A stretch of DNA of 64,000 nt from Hormiphora californensis (lineage: Eukaryota; Animalia; Ctenophora): contig CM035361.1 of NCBI GenBank assembly GCA_020137815.1, positions 1,612,001 through 1,676,000 of the forward strand. Reading direction: 5' to 3'. The position numbers and the translations under genes were made by a program. Under the pieces are notes generated by a model. It made no database searches. It was given only the letters and a program-made list of their open reading frames with translations, and was not told the DNA's origin. Every line of letters begins with the position of its first letter. Position 1 is the stretch's first letter. Positions 50,539 through 63,445 of this stretch are shown one piece after another.

Positions 50539-50834
50539 TCTCTCTCTCTCTTTTCCTCCACGCAGTTAAATTATTTCAAATTTTGGCATTGATGCTATTT
50601 TTAACCCAAAATATCTTGTTAAACTTGGTTAGTGGTTTTAAAGAGCGCGAAAAGGTGACGAGGAGTGAGAGAGAGGGGGTGAGAGAGAGAGAGAGGGGGG
50701 GGGTGAGAGAGAGAAAGAAAGAGAATGAGAGGGAGAGAGAGAGAGAGAGAGAGAGGGAGAGAACTGAGAGTGTTCCCATCCTGCAAGCAATAACTACACC
50801 CCACCATTAGATATACAATATATCATGTAGCTCT

Positions 50835-53800
50835 ATGTCGAAAACAGAAGTCTCCCGACTCTCCCTCTCCTCACGGATCAGGGACCTCTCACAGCGGAAC
50901 AGGAAGGAGTCCGAACTCAACTTTGAGGGTTCAGATTATGATTTTGTGTACGCAGGATGTGATGCCCTGGAGAATGAACTTGCGGAGTTATATTCCTACT
51001 CAGGTAGTTAGTTGTTCATGTTTGTTATTCAATTTGAGCACTTTGAGAGACACGCATTATACTTTGAGACACATTACACTTTGAGACGGTCTCAAAGTGA
51101 CCATGACCGATGATTCACTAATATCAACTTATTTCCACTATTATATTTACCCTTATATTTCCACAGAGGCAACAGATATAGAGGCATGTCAGGATGCCTT
51201 TGAAGACCTCCAGGGTGGGGTGGATCTAACTTGGTTGGGGAACAAGAAACTCCTTCTGTCTGAGATAGTGGAGCTGTGTGAGCAGAGTGATGTGGTACAA
51301 TGTAAACTGGGGGTACAGTGTGTCCTATACCTCTTACAAGGTAAAGACCCCCACCTGGTTTTTACAGTTCAGTGGTGAGAGTCCCCCAGGTTTTCACAAC
51401 TGTCCTAATCCTACCCTCCCCCTACTCCCAGGTTTTCACAACTGTCCTAATCCTACCCTCCCCCTACTCCCAGGCTTTCACAACTGTCCTAATCCTACCC
51501 TCCCCCTACTCCCAGGCTTTCACAACTGTCCTAATCCTACCCCTTCCCCTACTCCCAGGCTTTCACAACTGTCCTAATCCTACCCTCCCCCTACTCCCAG
51601 GCTTTCACAACTGTCCTAATCCTACCCTCCCCCTACTCCCAGGCTTTTACAACTGTCCTAATCCTACCCTCCCCCTACTCTCAGGCTTTCACAACTGTCC
51701 TAATCCTACCTCCTCCCCTACTCCCAGGTTTCACAACTGTCCTAATCCTACCCTCCCCCTACTCCCAGGTTTTCACAACTGTCCTAATCCTACCCTCCCC
51801 CTACACCCAGGCTTTTACAACTATCCTAATCCTACCCTACCCCTACTCCCAGGCTTTCACAACTGTCCTAATCCTACCCTCCCCCTACTCCCAGGTTTTC
51901 ACAACTGTCCTAATCCTACCCTCCCCCTACTCCCAGGCTTTCACAACTGTCCTAATCCTACCCTCCCCCTACTCCCAGGTTTTCACAACTGTCCTAGTCC
52001 TAACCCTCCCCCTACTCCCAGGCTTTTAACAACTGTCCTAATCCTAACCCTCCCCCTACACCCAGGTTTCACAACTGTCCTAATCCTCCCTCCCCCTACT
52101 CCCAGGCTTTCACAACTGTCCTAATCCTACCCTCCCCCTACACCCAGGTTTCACAACTGTCCTAATCCTACCCTCCCCCTACACCCAGGCTTTTACAACT
52201 GTACTATCCTACCCTCCCCCTACTCCCCAGGTTTCACAACTGTCCTAATCCTACCTCCCCCCTACTCCCAGGTTTTTACAACTGTCCTAATCCTAACCCT
52301 CCCCCCTACTCCCAGGTTTTCTCACAAACGGTCCTAATCCTACCCTCCCCCTACTCCCAGGCGTTTACAACGTCCTAATCCTATACCTCCCCCTACTCCC
52401 AGGCTTTTACAACTGTCCTAATCCTACCCTAACCCCTACTCCCAGGTTTTACAACTGTCCTAATCCTAACCCTCCCCCTACACCCAGGCTTTTACACTGT
52501 CCTAATCCTACCCTCCCCCTACACCCAGGCTTTTACAACTGTCCTAATCCTAACCTCCCCTACTCCCAGGTTTCACAACTACCCTACTCCCAGGCTTTTT
52601 ACAACTGTCCTAATCCTACCCTCCCCCTACACCCAGGCTTTCACAACTGGTCCTAATCCTACCCTACCCCTACTCCCATGTTTTTACAACTGTCCTAATC
52701 CTACCCTCCCCCTACTCCCAGGCTTTCACAACTGTACTAATCCTACCCTCCCCCTACTCCCATGGGCGTTTACAACTGTGCTAATCCTACCCTACCCCTA
52801 CTCCCAGGCTTTTACAACTGTACTAATCCTACCCTCCCCCTACTCCCAGGCTTTCACAACTGTCCTAATCCTACCCTACCCCTACTCCCAGGCTTTCACA
52901 ACTGTCCTAATCCTACCCTCCCCCTACTCCCAGGTTTTCACAACTGTCCTAATCCTACCCTCCCCCTACTCCCAGGTTTCACAACTGTCCTAATCCTACC
53001 CTACCCCCTACTCCCAGGCTTTCAAACTGTCCTAATCCTACCCTCCCCCTACTCCAGGTTTCCACAACTGTCCTAATCCTACCCTACCCCTACTCCCAGG
53101 CTTTCACACTGTCCTAATCCTACCCTCCCCCTACTCCCAGGCTTTCACAACTGTCCTAATCCTACCCTCCCCTACTCCCAGCTTTCACAACTGTCCTAAT
53201 CCGAATCCTATCCCAGGCTACAACTCCTAATCCTACCCTCCCCCTACTCCCAGGTTTTCACAACTGTCCTAATCCTTACCCTACCCCTACTCCCAGGTTT
53301 CCACAACTGTCCTAATCCTACCCTCCCCCTACTCCCAGGTTTTCACAACTGTCCTAATCCTACCCTCCCCCTACTCCCAGGCTTTTACAACTGTCCTAAT
53401 CCTCCCCTCCCCCTACACCCAGGCTTTCACAACTGTCCTAATCCTACCCTACCCCTACTCCCAGGTTTTTACAACTGTCCTAATCCTACCCTCCCCCTAC
53501 TCCCAGGCTTTCACAACTGTACTAATCCTACCCTCCCCCTACTCCCATGGGCGTTTACAACTGTGCTAATCCTACCCTACCCCTACTCCCAGGCTTTTAC
53601 AACTGTACTAATCCTACCCTCCCCCTACTCCCAGGCTTTCACAACTGTCCTAATCCTACCCTCCCCCTACTCCCAGGTTTTCACAACTGTCCTAATCCTA
53701 CCCTCCCCCTACTCCAGGCTTTCACAACTGTCCTATCCTACCCTCCCCCTACTCCAGGCTTTCACAACTGTCCTAATCCTACCCTTCCCCTACTCCCAGG

Positions 53801-56800
53801 TTTTCACAACTGTCCTAATCCTACCCTTCCCTTATTCCCAGGTTTTCACAACTATCCTAATCCTACCCTCCCCTACTCCCAGGCTTTCACAACTGTCCTA
53901 ATCCTACCCTCCCCCTACTCCCAGGTTTTCACAACTGTCCTAATCCTACCCTCCCCCTACTCCAGGTTTTCACAACTGTCCTAATCCTACCCTCCCCCTA
54001 CTCCCAGGCTTTCACAACTGTCCTAATCCTACCTCCCCCTACTCCCAGGCTTTCACAACTGTCCTAATCCTACCCTACCCCTACTCCCAGGTTTTTACAA
54101 CTGTCCTAATCCTACCCTCCCCCTACTCCCAGGCTTTTACAACTGTCCTAATCCTACCCTCCCCCTACTCCCAGGCTTTCACAACTGTACTAATCCTACC
54201 CTCCCCTACCCCCATGCTTTCACAACTGTCCTAATCCTACCCTCCCCCTACCCCCAGGTTTTTACAACTGTCCTAATCCTCCCCTCCCCCTACACCCAGG
54301 CTTTTACAACTGTCCTAATCCTACCCTACCCCTACTCCCAGGCTTTTACAACTGTCCTAATCCTACCCTCACCCCTACTCCCAGGCTTTCACAACTGTCC
54401 TAATCCTACCCTACCCCTACTCCCAGGTTTTTAACAACTGTCCCTAATCCTACCCTACCCCCTACTCCCAGTTTTTACAACTGTCCTAATCCTACCCTCC
54501 CCCTACTCCCAGGCTTTTACAACTGTCCTAATCCTACCCTCCCCCTACTCCAGGCTTTCACAACTGTACTAATCCTAACCCTCCCCCTACTCCATGGGCG
54601 TTACAACTGTGCTAATCCTACCCTACCCCTACTCCCAGGCTTTTACAACTGTACTAATCCTACCCTCCCCCTACTCCCAGTGGCTTTCACAACTGTCCTA
54701 AATCCCTACCCTACCCCTACTCCAGGTTTTTACAAACTGTCCTAATCCTCCCTCCCCCTACCTCCCATGCTGTTTACAACTGTCCTAATGCCTACCCTCC
54801 ACCTACTCCCAGGCTTACCTACTGTGCTAATCCTACCCTACCCCTACTCCAATGGGCGTTTACAACTGTTCCTAATCCTACCCTCCCCCTAATCCCAGGC
54901 TTTCACAACTGTCCTAATCTCCCTCCCCCTACTCCAGGCGTACAACTCCTAATCCTACCCTCCCCCTATCCCAGGCTTTTACAACTGTCCCTATATCCCT
55001 ACCCTCCCCCTACTCCCAGGCTTTCACAACTGTCCTAATCCTACCCTCCCCCTACTCCCAGGCTTTTCACAACTGTCCTAATCCTACCCTCCCCCTACTC
55101 CCAGGCTTTCACAACTGTCCTAATCCTACCCTCCCCCTACTCCCAGGCTTTTACAACTGTCCTAATCCTACCCTCCCCTACTCCCAGGCTTTTCACAACT
55201 GTCCTAATCCTACCCTCCCCCTACTCCCAGGCTTTTCACAACTGTCCTAATCCTACCCTCCCCCTACTCCCAGGCTTTTCACAACTGTCCTAATCCTACC
55301 CTCCCCCTACTCCCAGGCTTTCACAACTGTCCTAATCCTACCCTCCCCCTACTCCCAGGCTTTCACAACTGTCCTAATCCTACCCTCCCCCTACTCCCAG
55401 GCTTTTCACAACTGTCCTAATCCTACCCTCCCCCTACTCCCAGGCTTTTCACAACTGTCCTAATCCTACCCTCCCCCTACTCCCAGGCTTTCACAACTGT
55501 CCTAATCCTACCCTCCCCCTACTCCCAGGCTTTCACAACTGTCCTAATCCTACCCTCCCCCTACTCCCAGGCTTTTCACAACTGTCCTAATCCTACCCTC
55601 CCCCTACTCCCAGGCTTTTCACAACTGTCCTAATCCTACCCTCCCCCTACTCCCAGGCTTTCACAACTGTCCTAATCCTACCCTCCCCCTACTCCCAGGC
55701 TTTCACAACTGTCCTAATCCTACCCTCCCCCTACTCCCAGGCTTTCACAACTGTCCTAATCCTACCCTCCCCCTACTCCCAGGTTTTCACAACTGTCCTA
55801 ATCCTACCCTCCCCCTACTCCCAGGCTTTCACAACTGTCCTAATCCTACCCTTCCCCTACTCCCAGGTTTTTACAACTGTCCTAATCCTACCCTACCCCT
55901 ACTCCCAGGTTTTCACAACTGTCCTAATCCTACCCTACCCCTACTCCCAGGTTTTCACAACTGTCCTAATCCTCCCCTCCCCCTACACCCAGGCTTTTAC
56001 AACTGTCCTAATCCTACCCTCCCCCTACTCCCATGGGCGTTTACAACTGTCCTAATCCTACCCTTCCCCTACTCCCAGGTTTTCACAACTGTCCTAATCC
56101 TACCCTCCCCCTACTCCCAGGCTTTCACAACTGTCCTAATCCTACCCTCCCCCTACTCCCAGGCTTTCACAACTGTCCTAATCCTACCCTCCCCCTACTC
56201 CCAGGCTTTCACAACTGTCCTAATCCTACCCTCCCCCTACTCCCAGGCTTTCACAACTGTCCTAATCCTACCCTCCCCCTACTCCCAGGTTTTCACAACT
56301 GTCCTAATCCTACCCTCCCCCTACTCCCAGGTTTTCACAACTATCCTAATCCTACCCTCCCCCTACTCCCAGGCTTTCACAACTATCCTAATCCTACCCT
56401 CCCCCTACTCCCAGGCTTTCACAACTGTCCTAATCCTACCCTCCCCCTACTCCCAGGTTTTCACAACTGTCCTAATCCTACCCTCCCCCTACTCCCAGGC
56501 TTTTACAACTGTCCTAATCCTACCCTCCCCCTACTCCCAGGCTTTCACAACTGTCCTAATCCTACCCTCCCCCTACTCCCAGGCTTTCACAACTGTCCTA
56601 ATCCTACCCCTACTCCCAGGCATTTACAACTGTCCTAATCCTACCCTCCCCCTACTCCCAGGCTTTCACAACTATCCTAATCCTACCCTCCCCCTACTCC
56701 CAGGCTTTTACAACTGTCCTAATCCTACCCTCCCCCTACTCCCAGGTTTTCAAAACTGTCCTAATCCTACCCTACCCCTACTCCCAGGTTTTCACAACTG

Positions 56801-59800
56801 TCCTAATCCTACCCTCCCCCTACTCCCAGGTTTTCACAACTGTCCTAATCCTACCCTTCCCCTACTCCCAGGTTTTTACAACTGTCCTAATCCTACCCTC
56901 CCCCTACTCCCAGGTTTTCACAACTGTCCTAATCCTACCCTCCCCCTACACCCAGGTTTTCACAACTGTCCTAATCCTACCCTCCCCCTACTCCCAGGCT
57001 TTCACAACTGTCCTAATCCTACCCTCCCCCTACTCCCAGGCTTTCACAACTGTCCTAATCCTACCCTTCCCCTACTCCCAGGCTTTCACAACTGTCCTAA
57101 TCCTACCCTCCCCCTACTCCCAGGCTTTTACAACAATGCTAAGAGTCTGGAAGATTGTCTGGAGACGTCACGTGACAATGCTGCTATTCTTTACGATGCT
57201 GGGGTACTGAATACACTGATGAGGGTACTAGTCAGAGAGACTACATCCTATCAGGAGGAGAGACGGCAGGTACTTTGGCACATCCCGGTTACTATACATT
57301 GGATTATTTATTAATTTAATTATTCTCTAATTAATTATCTCGTAAGTATCCCCTATCTAATCATTAATCATCTCTCTAATAATTAATTATCTCCATAATT
57401 AAAACACTTAATCCATCCAGGCAGAGTTCATAGAAGAATCGCTGATGCCCAGGCTAGCTTTATCAGCAGTGTATACGATGATGTGTCTTATTTGTAGCGA
57501 GTCAGACACAGAGCGAGCTGAGAGGTATGTGAACAATATATATATTCTGCCAGCTGAAAGACATTCTGCAATCAGCTCATGATATTCTGCTAGTACCCGG
57601 CTGTTAGGCTGAGATAATTTGATAATGCTAGTATCCTCTCATTCATTGATTCAGTGTTATCTAGCTGTCACACCAACTCTTTATGTTATAGTCTCTTAGT
57701 CAGATCTTATACCGGTACGTTTGCAATAGACCCTCTCATAACACCATCCGCTCGGGATACCAAAAGAGGGCTTCAACCTCTCAGCGGCCTTCATGAAAAT
57801 TTAGATTTTTGATATGATGCAAAAATTAGTTAAAAACACTTAGTTGAGGGAAAATAGAATGCTAGTAGTACAGCAGACAAGGCTTATTGTTACATGCAAT
57901 TAGTTCTTGACAGTTCCACAGGTTGACTAATAATTGTCTTTCTCAACAAGAATTATTGCATTATGTATTCATAATGCTGTGTTTCCCTGCCCTACCGTTT
58001 CACATGTCAGTGACATTGTCACTGCCAACAGGATCAAGGCTTGGTCATAATGTAATGTGAGATGCATACGATCTAGCTGTCAGTATACTTCTCACATAGC
58101 TTAGAGTTAGCTAACTCCCAATCACATGACACTTGCTAACCAGCTTTTGACATTCCAACTTAACTACTTATCTAACATCTCACACTCGACTCGCAAGATG
58201 AAAATGTGTATGTAACACGCGAAACGCGCGGCAGAGCATTTCATGTTTTGTTGAGTGGCGCGCGCACACACGTCCATCAAACTGTGTCAATGAGGTGTTT
58301 GATGAAGGAGTAGCTCGTCACTGTGCGCACGGCTCTAGTTGCTACACCGTTGCCCTCGCAACGAAAGTGTGACCAAAAAATGTCCCTCTACCGATTAGTT
58401 AGTATACCAAAATGTCGTTTTCGAATTCTAACCCTGCTATGCCTTTTTACAAAGTAAAAAGGCATCCGGGTGAATGCCTTCGGCATTCACCCGGGCAGGG
58501 AAAAAATTTCAAGTGTTATACGTTCTTGGCAATCAATCCACGGATGGTGATTAGCAGGCATACCCTACTGCAATCCAAGTAATGCTCCAGTGATAATCCT
58601 TTGCTTCCTGTCTAGTGGTGCCTGCTTCGGCGGTGTCCACGTAGACTCGGAAGGATGTTTCGGTGATTCCGTAGGTTGCAGATCCTCCTGCAAGGGAAAA
58701 TAGAGTAACTTTTTCAGTCAAGATTGGCTTGACACTATCTTTCTATATCTCGCCTATATTAAACATTACCTTTTGCCCTCCAATGGCTTGATTTTCCGTT
58801 GAGAGTGGTAACTACGTTAGGGGGTGCTACAAATTCACACTCGGTCATGTCGATTTTTGTATACATTCCATCAGTTTGATAGTCCACCCAGTTTGTATCT
58901 CCCATTCCTGAAATATAAAACGTATCCAAAAAAAATTATGTTATTGTCGAGCCTGTTGAAGTTATCTTGACGATTTAACAAATTAGTGGGGGGAACTCAT
59001 AATTTATTTTTTGGGATTTTTTCCCTGCCCGGGTGAATGCCGAAGGCATTCACCCGGATGCCTTTTTACTTTATAAAAAGGCATAGCAGGGTTAGAATTC
59101 GAAAACGACATTTTGGTATACTAACTAATCGGTAGAGGGACCATATTTTGGTCACACTTTAGTTGCGAGGGGCAACGGTGTAGCAACAAGAGCCGCGAGC
59201 ACAACAACAAGGTGCTCCTTCATAAACCACTTCATTGGCACGTTTTCAGGAAATGTGTGGCGCGCAATGTGGCGGCGTGGCGCGCAATTTAGTGCTACTG
59301 AAACACAAGGATTTGCTCTATATTGTTTGTGTGATATATAAATGATCGGGATTTTGTGTCCCGCTTGCTGCTACAGCGGATCTGGTCATGATTTCCTTTC
59401 TTCATAGATTCACATGGCAGGGAAATTCAGCATTATGTTAGAACATAATGCAATTAATCTTGTTATACTTTTACTTTTTACTCAGGGAGTGTTAAGATCC
59501 CATAGTTTGGATGGATAAATTATCACAAGTTTGTTCATCCACATATTATAAAAAAGATGCTGATTTTCTAGTGGCTGACCCCCCCCCAATATAGTACATT
59601 ACTAACCGGTAGTACCCCTCCAATATAGTACATTACTAACCGGTAGTTCCAGAACAAGTTCTCACACAAAGACTCCGTCCCTCTGTTCCATCGTTATCAT
59701 TAACAAGCACGACATCAGCGCTGACCAGCGCCATTGCCAGTAGAACAAGAGAAACAATTCGCAGCATCGCTTACAGAAAATTAAAGATTTAAGTCCCCGA

Positions 59801-62800
59801 ATATGTAGGAAATGGCACATGTGCTCCAGAATGACCATATTTGATTAAAAAACGATTAGATTTTATTGCTATATAGTATAGTGTAACAAACTCGTTTCTT
59901 GTACAAAGTACTAAACACGATATATAACGAGGGTCAAGAATTTAGATTGTGTTATACAGAGAATATTGAAGATATAACTTAACTAAAAGGTTGGATAGAG
60001 GGTAAGTGAAAACTGGTGAAAGTTAGTTCTCGTGTCAGAAGGGGTTAGGCGGTCCTTGAATGAGAAGAAGGGTGAGAATTTATACTGAGTGGAAATGGTG
60101 GAGAAGACAGACAGGGTAACTACGTCTGCAGCAGGAACCGACCGAATCAGGAAATACTGGTCCCTGATTGGCTGATAACCAGTCACGTGACCTAAATAAC
60201 GAGTTATGATTGGCTGTTTACTTAATTCGGTCGGTTCCTGGTTTGCAGGATGGAGATGATAGACATGGTAAATTGTGATCGGGAAAAAGTGATATGAATA
60301 TTACAGATCCCTCTTCTAAAAAGATTACGATAGAAATTGTTCATCGTCTCGTGCATTAGTTCCTGGAAAATGGCGGTTCGTTATGCGCGTTACCGGTAGT
60401 TTTAGGAGCATAGCAAGCAGAAAACGCGACTTACAAGTGATTCCATGCTTCCACTGTGTGCGGCTGGGTTGTTTTTAGATGTTGGGACACATTAGGCGGA
60501 CCAAATTTGCAAAAATAGCCGGAAAAATTGTGCGGCGGGTACCTTGAACCGCCCTAGTCATTTTCCAGGGACTATAGGCACTTTGTACATATGCACAGTC
60601 CTTTGTGTGGTTTTTCACGTTATCCTTCGGCTCAGGTGCAGAATTTCTGTTCAGGATCCTTTTTATCAGGACTTTGTTATCTCCCAGAGGTGTAGATCTC
60701 GGTTGAGGGGAGATTGGTTAAACAAGTCACCGAATGGAAAATGACACGTCAAGTGCTCCAGAACATGATGTTTGATTAAAAAACCGATTAGATTTTGGCG
60801 CTATATATAGACCATTTCATGAGCATGTTGTCAAAATCATAGGGAGTATTATCATATTGTAACACCCTCCTCCCTTTTGCAGGTTCAGAAAGGACATTGC
60901 AAGTCCGATTCTGGGGTACCCTAATTTGGGAATCTTCGCACTGGAACTAATTTACCAATACGAAAAGGGACTCTCAATTATACCAATCAAAAAGGTAGTT
61001 GTTAAAACACACCATAGGTTCCCCCATTTCACCAAAGTTGAGAAAGGGGGAGCTTAGCGCCATAATTACCCTTACCCGGGCGGTATGTGGTTTGCTCAGC
61101 GTGTGGCTAAGTTGTTAACACACCATATTTGGGTAATATGACGTAATATGCCCATTGCCCATATATGGTCATCACGTGATATCTGGAACTAATTTACCAT
61201 ACCTCTGATAGGCGACCCTACTGTACTGGAAGTTCCTTCTCTACACGTTAGGATCCCTGGAGGACCTGTCTAAGAGGAAGGCTCAGATAAGATCTGATAA
61301 CGGTCTCCCTGTGTGGACTGAACCTAAGGATTCAGCCCCTGGACAGAGTCAGGTACAGCCTCATTATCCCTCCCCAGCCCCCCTCCCCCAGCCCCAATAA
61401 CCCCTCACTCCTCCAGTCCCTCCTCTCACTACCCCCCCCCCCTCCCCTCCCCAGGTTCTCCAGCTTCGTTACCCCTCCCCCGGCCCCAATAACCCCTCTC
61501 CCCTATTATAGGGGAGAGGGGTTATTGGGGCCCTAATAACCACTCAATCCTCCAGTCCCTCCCCTCCCACTAGGTTCTCCAGCCCCGTTACCCCTCCCCC
61601 GGCCCCAATAACCCCTCAATCCTCCCTCCCCACCTCAGGGTCTCCAGCCCCGTCACCCCTCCCCTCACTACCACCCCCTCCCCTCCCACTAGGTTTTCCA
61701 GCCTGGTTACCCCCGCCCCAATAACCCCTCTCACTCCCTCCCCTCCCACTAGGTTCTCCAGCCCCGTTACCCTGAGAAGATGTCTGATGACGAGGATTAC
61801 GATCTGCCTGAACACATGGAGGCAACCCACCGGTAAATACTTAATCAGACCCCCCCCTCCCCCAACCCACCCATTAGAAGTACTTACTCAATCACCCACC
61901 CCCCCACTAAAATCACTGCTGATATATACCCCCCCCCCCTAGTTGACAACCCCGTGTTTCTTAGGTTACCATGGAGACCAAAGGCCCGACAAGCGGATAT
62001 CGAAATGTACCTGAGGGCATGTAGACAGAAACATCTGGGCATTAATTTAGCTGGAGACACGGAGACTACAGTTGGCCTGCCTCACTCTATCCAAGAGGGT
62101 TACAAGATCCTGAGGAGGCATCTTTATAGGTAAATTGTTGTTAACTCACCCCCGTCCCCCACTGAAAAACATTGTTGTAGCCCCCCCCCCTCCCAGAAGC
62201 ACCTATGATATATCCACTCCCCTCCCCCCAGAAACACGGCAGATCTTGCGATGGAGCATCATGAGCAGCAGATGAACACACCGATGAGGAAGCGGAAGGC
62301 ACTCTACTATCACCCTGCCGCTGAGGGGGTGTTCAGGAGCATGTTACCCAAAATGGAGGATTATATTATCTCCCTGCTAAAGGTACGTGACGTCATCATT
62401 AAGTGACGTCACATGACCATATATGGAATAATGTGGTGAAGAGGCACCCTCCAAAACTAGCAGCTTTTGTCTCGCATCCCTAACTTGGTCAATGTACAAT
62501 GTAGAGAGAGATATCTCAGTGTGTGACGTCACATATTATGTAACACATTTTGTACAGATTATTATAATGAGATCTGATCAGGATTAAATAGGGAGGAAAC
62601 TAGAAAAATATCTGGCGAGGGCCGGGCTCGAACCGACAACCTCTGCATTACATGTACATTGCTCTAACCTATTGAGCTACCTCGCCTACAATTTATCTAC
62701 ATTTCCTCTCTCTATATCACTGATCATGCCCTTAGATAGGGCGTGTTGTGTGAGAAAGGGCGTGTTGTGTGAGAAAAGAGAGAAACGTGAGAATGCAGCG

Positions 62801-63356
62801 AGTGAAGATACTATCTATCTTGTTCCCACATTTTGTACAGAGATATAAAATAACGTCTTGGGCAAAAAAAATGTTGTAGAGAGTGTGTGACGTCATAGAT
62901 CACACACTTGTAGAGAGATATATCTTGTAGATCACACACTTGTAGAGAGAGATATCTTGTAGATCACACACTTGTAGAGAGATATATCTTGTAGATCACA
63001 CACTTGTACAGAGATATATCTTGTAGATCACACACTTGTACAGAGATATAAAATAACGTCTTGGGCAAAAAAATGTTGTAGAGAGTGTGTGACGTCATAG
63101 ATCACACACTTATAGAGAGTGTGTGACGTCACATGTATAGCATGTACTTGAGAGGTGTGGCAGTTATTTTACAAAGGAGTATCTGAGTTAAAATTATAAT
63201 AAAATAAAAGCAGATCTCAGCCTCCCCAGCGTGTTAAATCTGGGTTTGAAATCTTTAATCGTGATAGGAGGAGGAGTCTTGTATGCGTGTGTGTGTTCGT
63301 TTGTTCGTGGTATGTTGTTGTTTTTGGAATGCTTCACACGCAGATAATATGCACAG

Positions 63357-63445
<89 letters not shown>

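Noticed and set aside
51278-56638. PGFHNCPNPTLPLL ORFs as a standalone gene
   Set aside because: Intronic satellite with many indels; relevant only as a possible extension of STRIP exon 3.
57580-57720. Alternative plus-strand first exon that an inverted lectin cassette could join (shufflon-like switch)
   Set aside because: A CCG/GTACGT donor exists, but there is no in-frame ATG or signal peptide before an upstream stop.
58507-59016. Exons 2-3 as a captured fragment inside a single Pack-type TIR element
   Set aside because: A matching signal-peptide exon lies outside the right arm, and each arm has its own complete HINE-like ends.
62613-62686. Functional tRNA-Thr(TGT)
   Set aside because: A33, an anticodon-stem mismatch and the missing C2-G71 identity pair.
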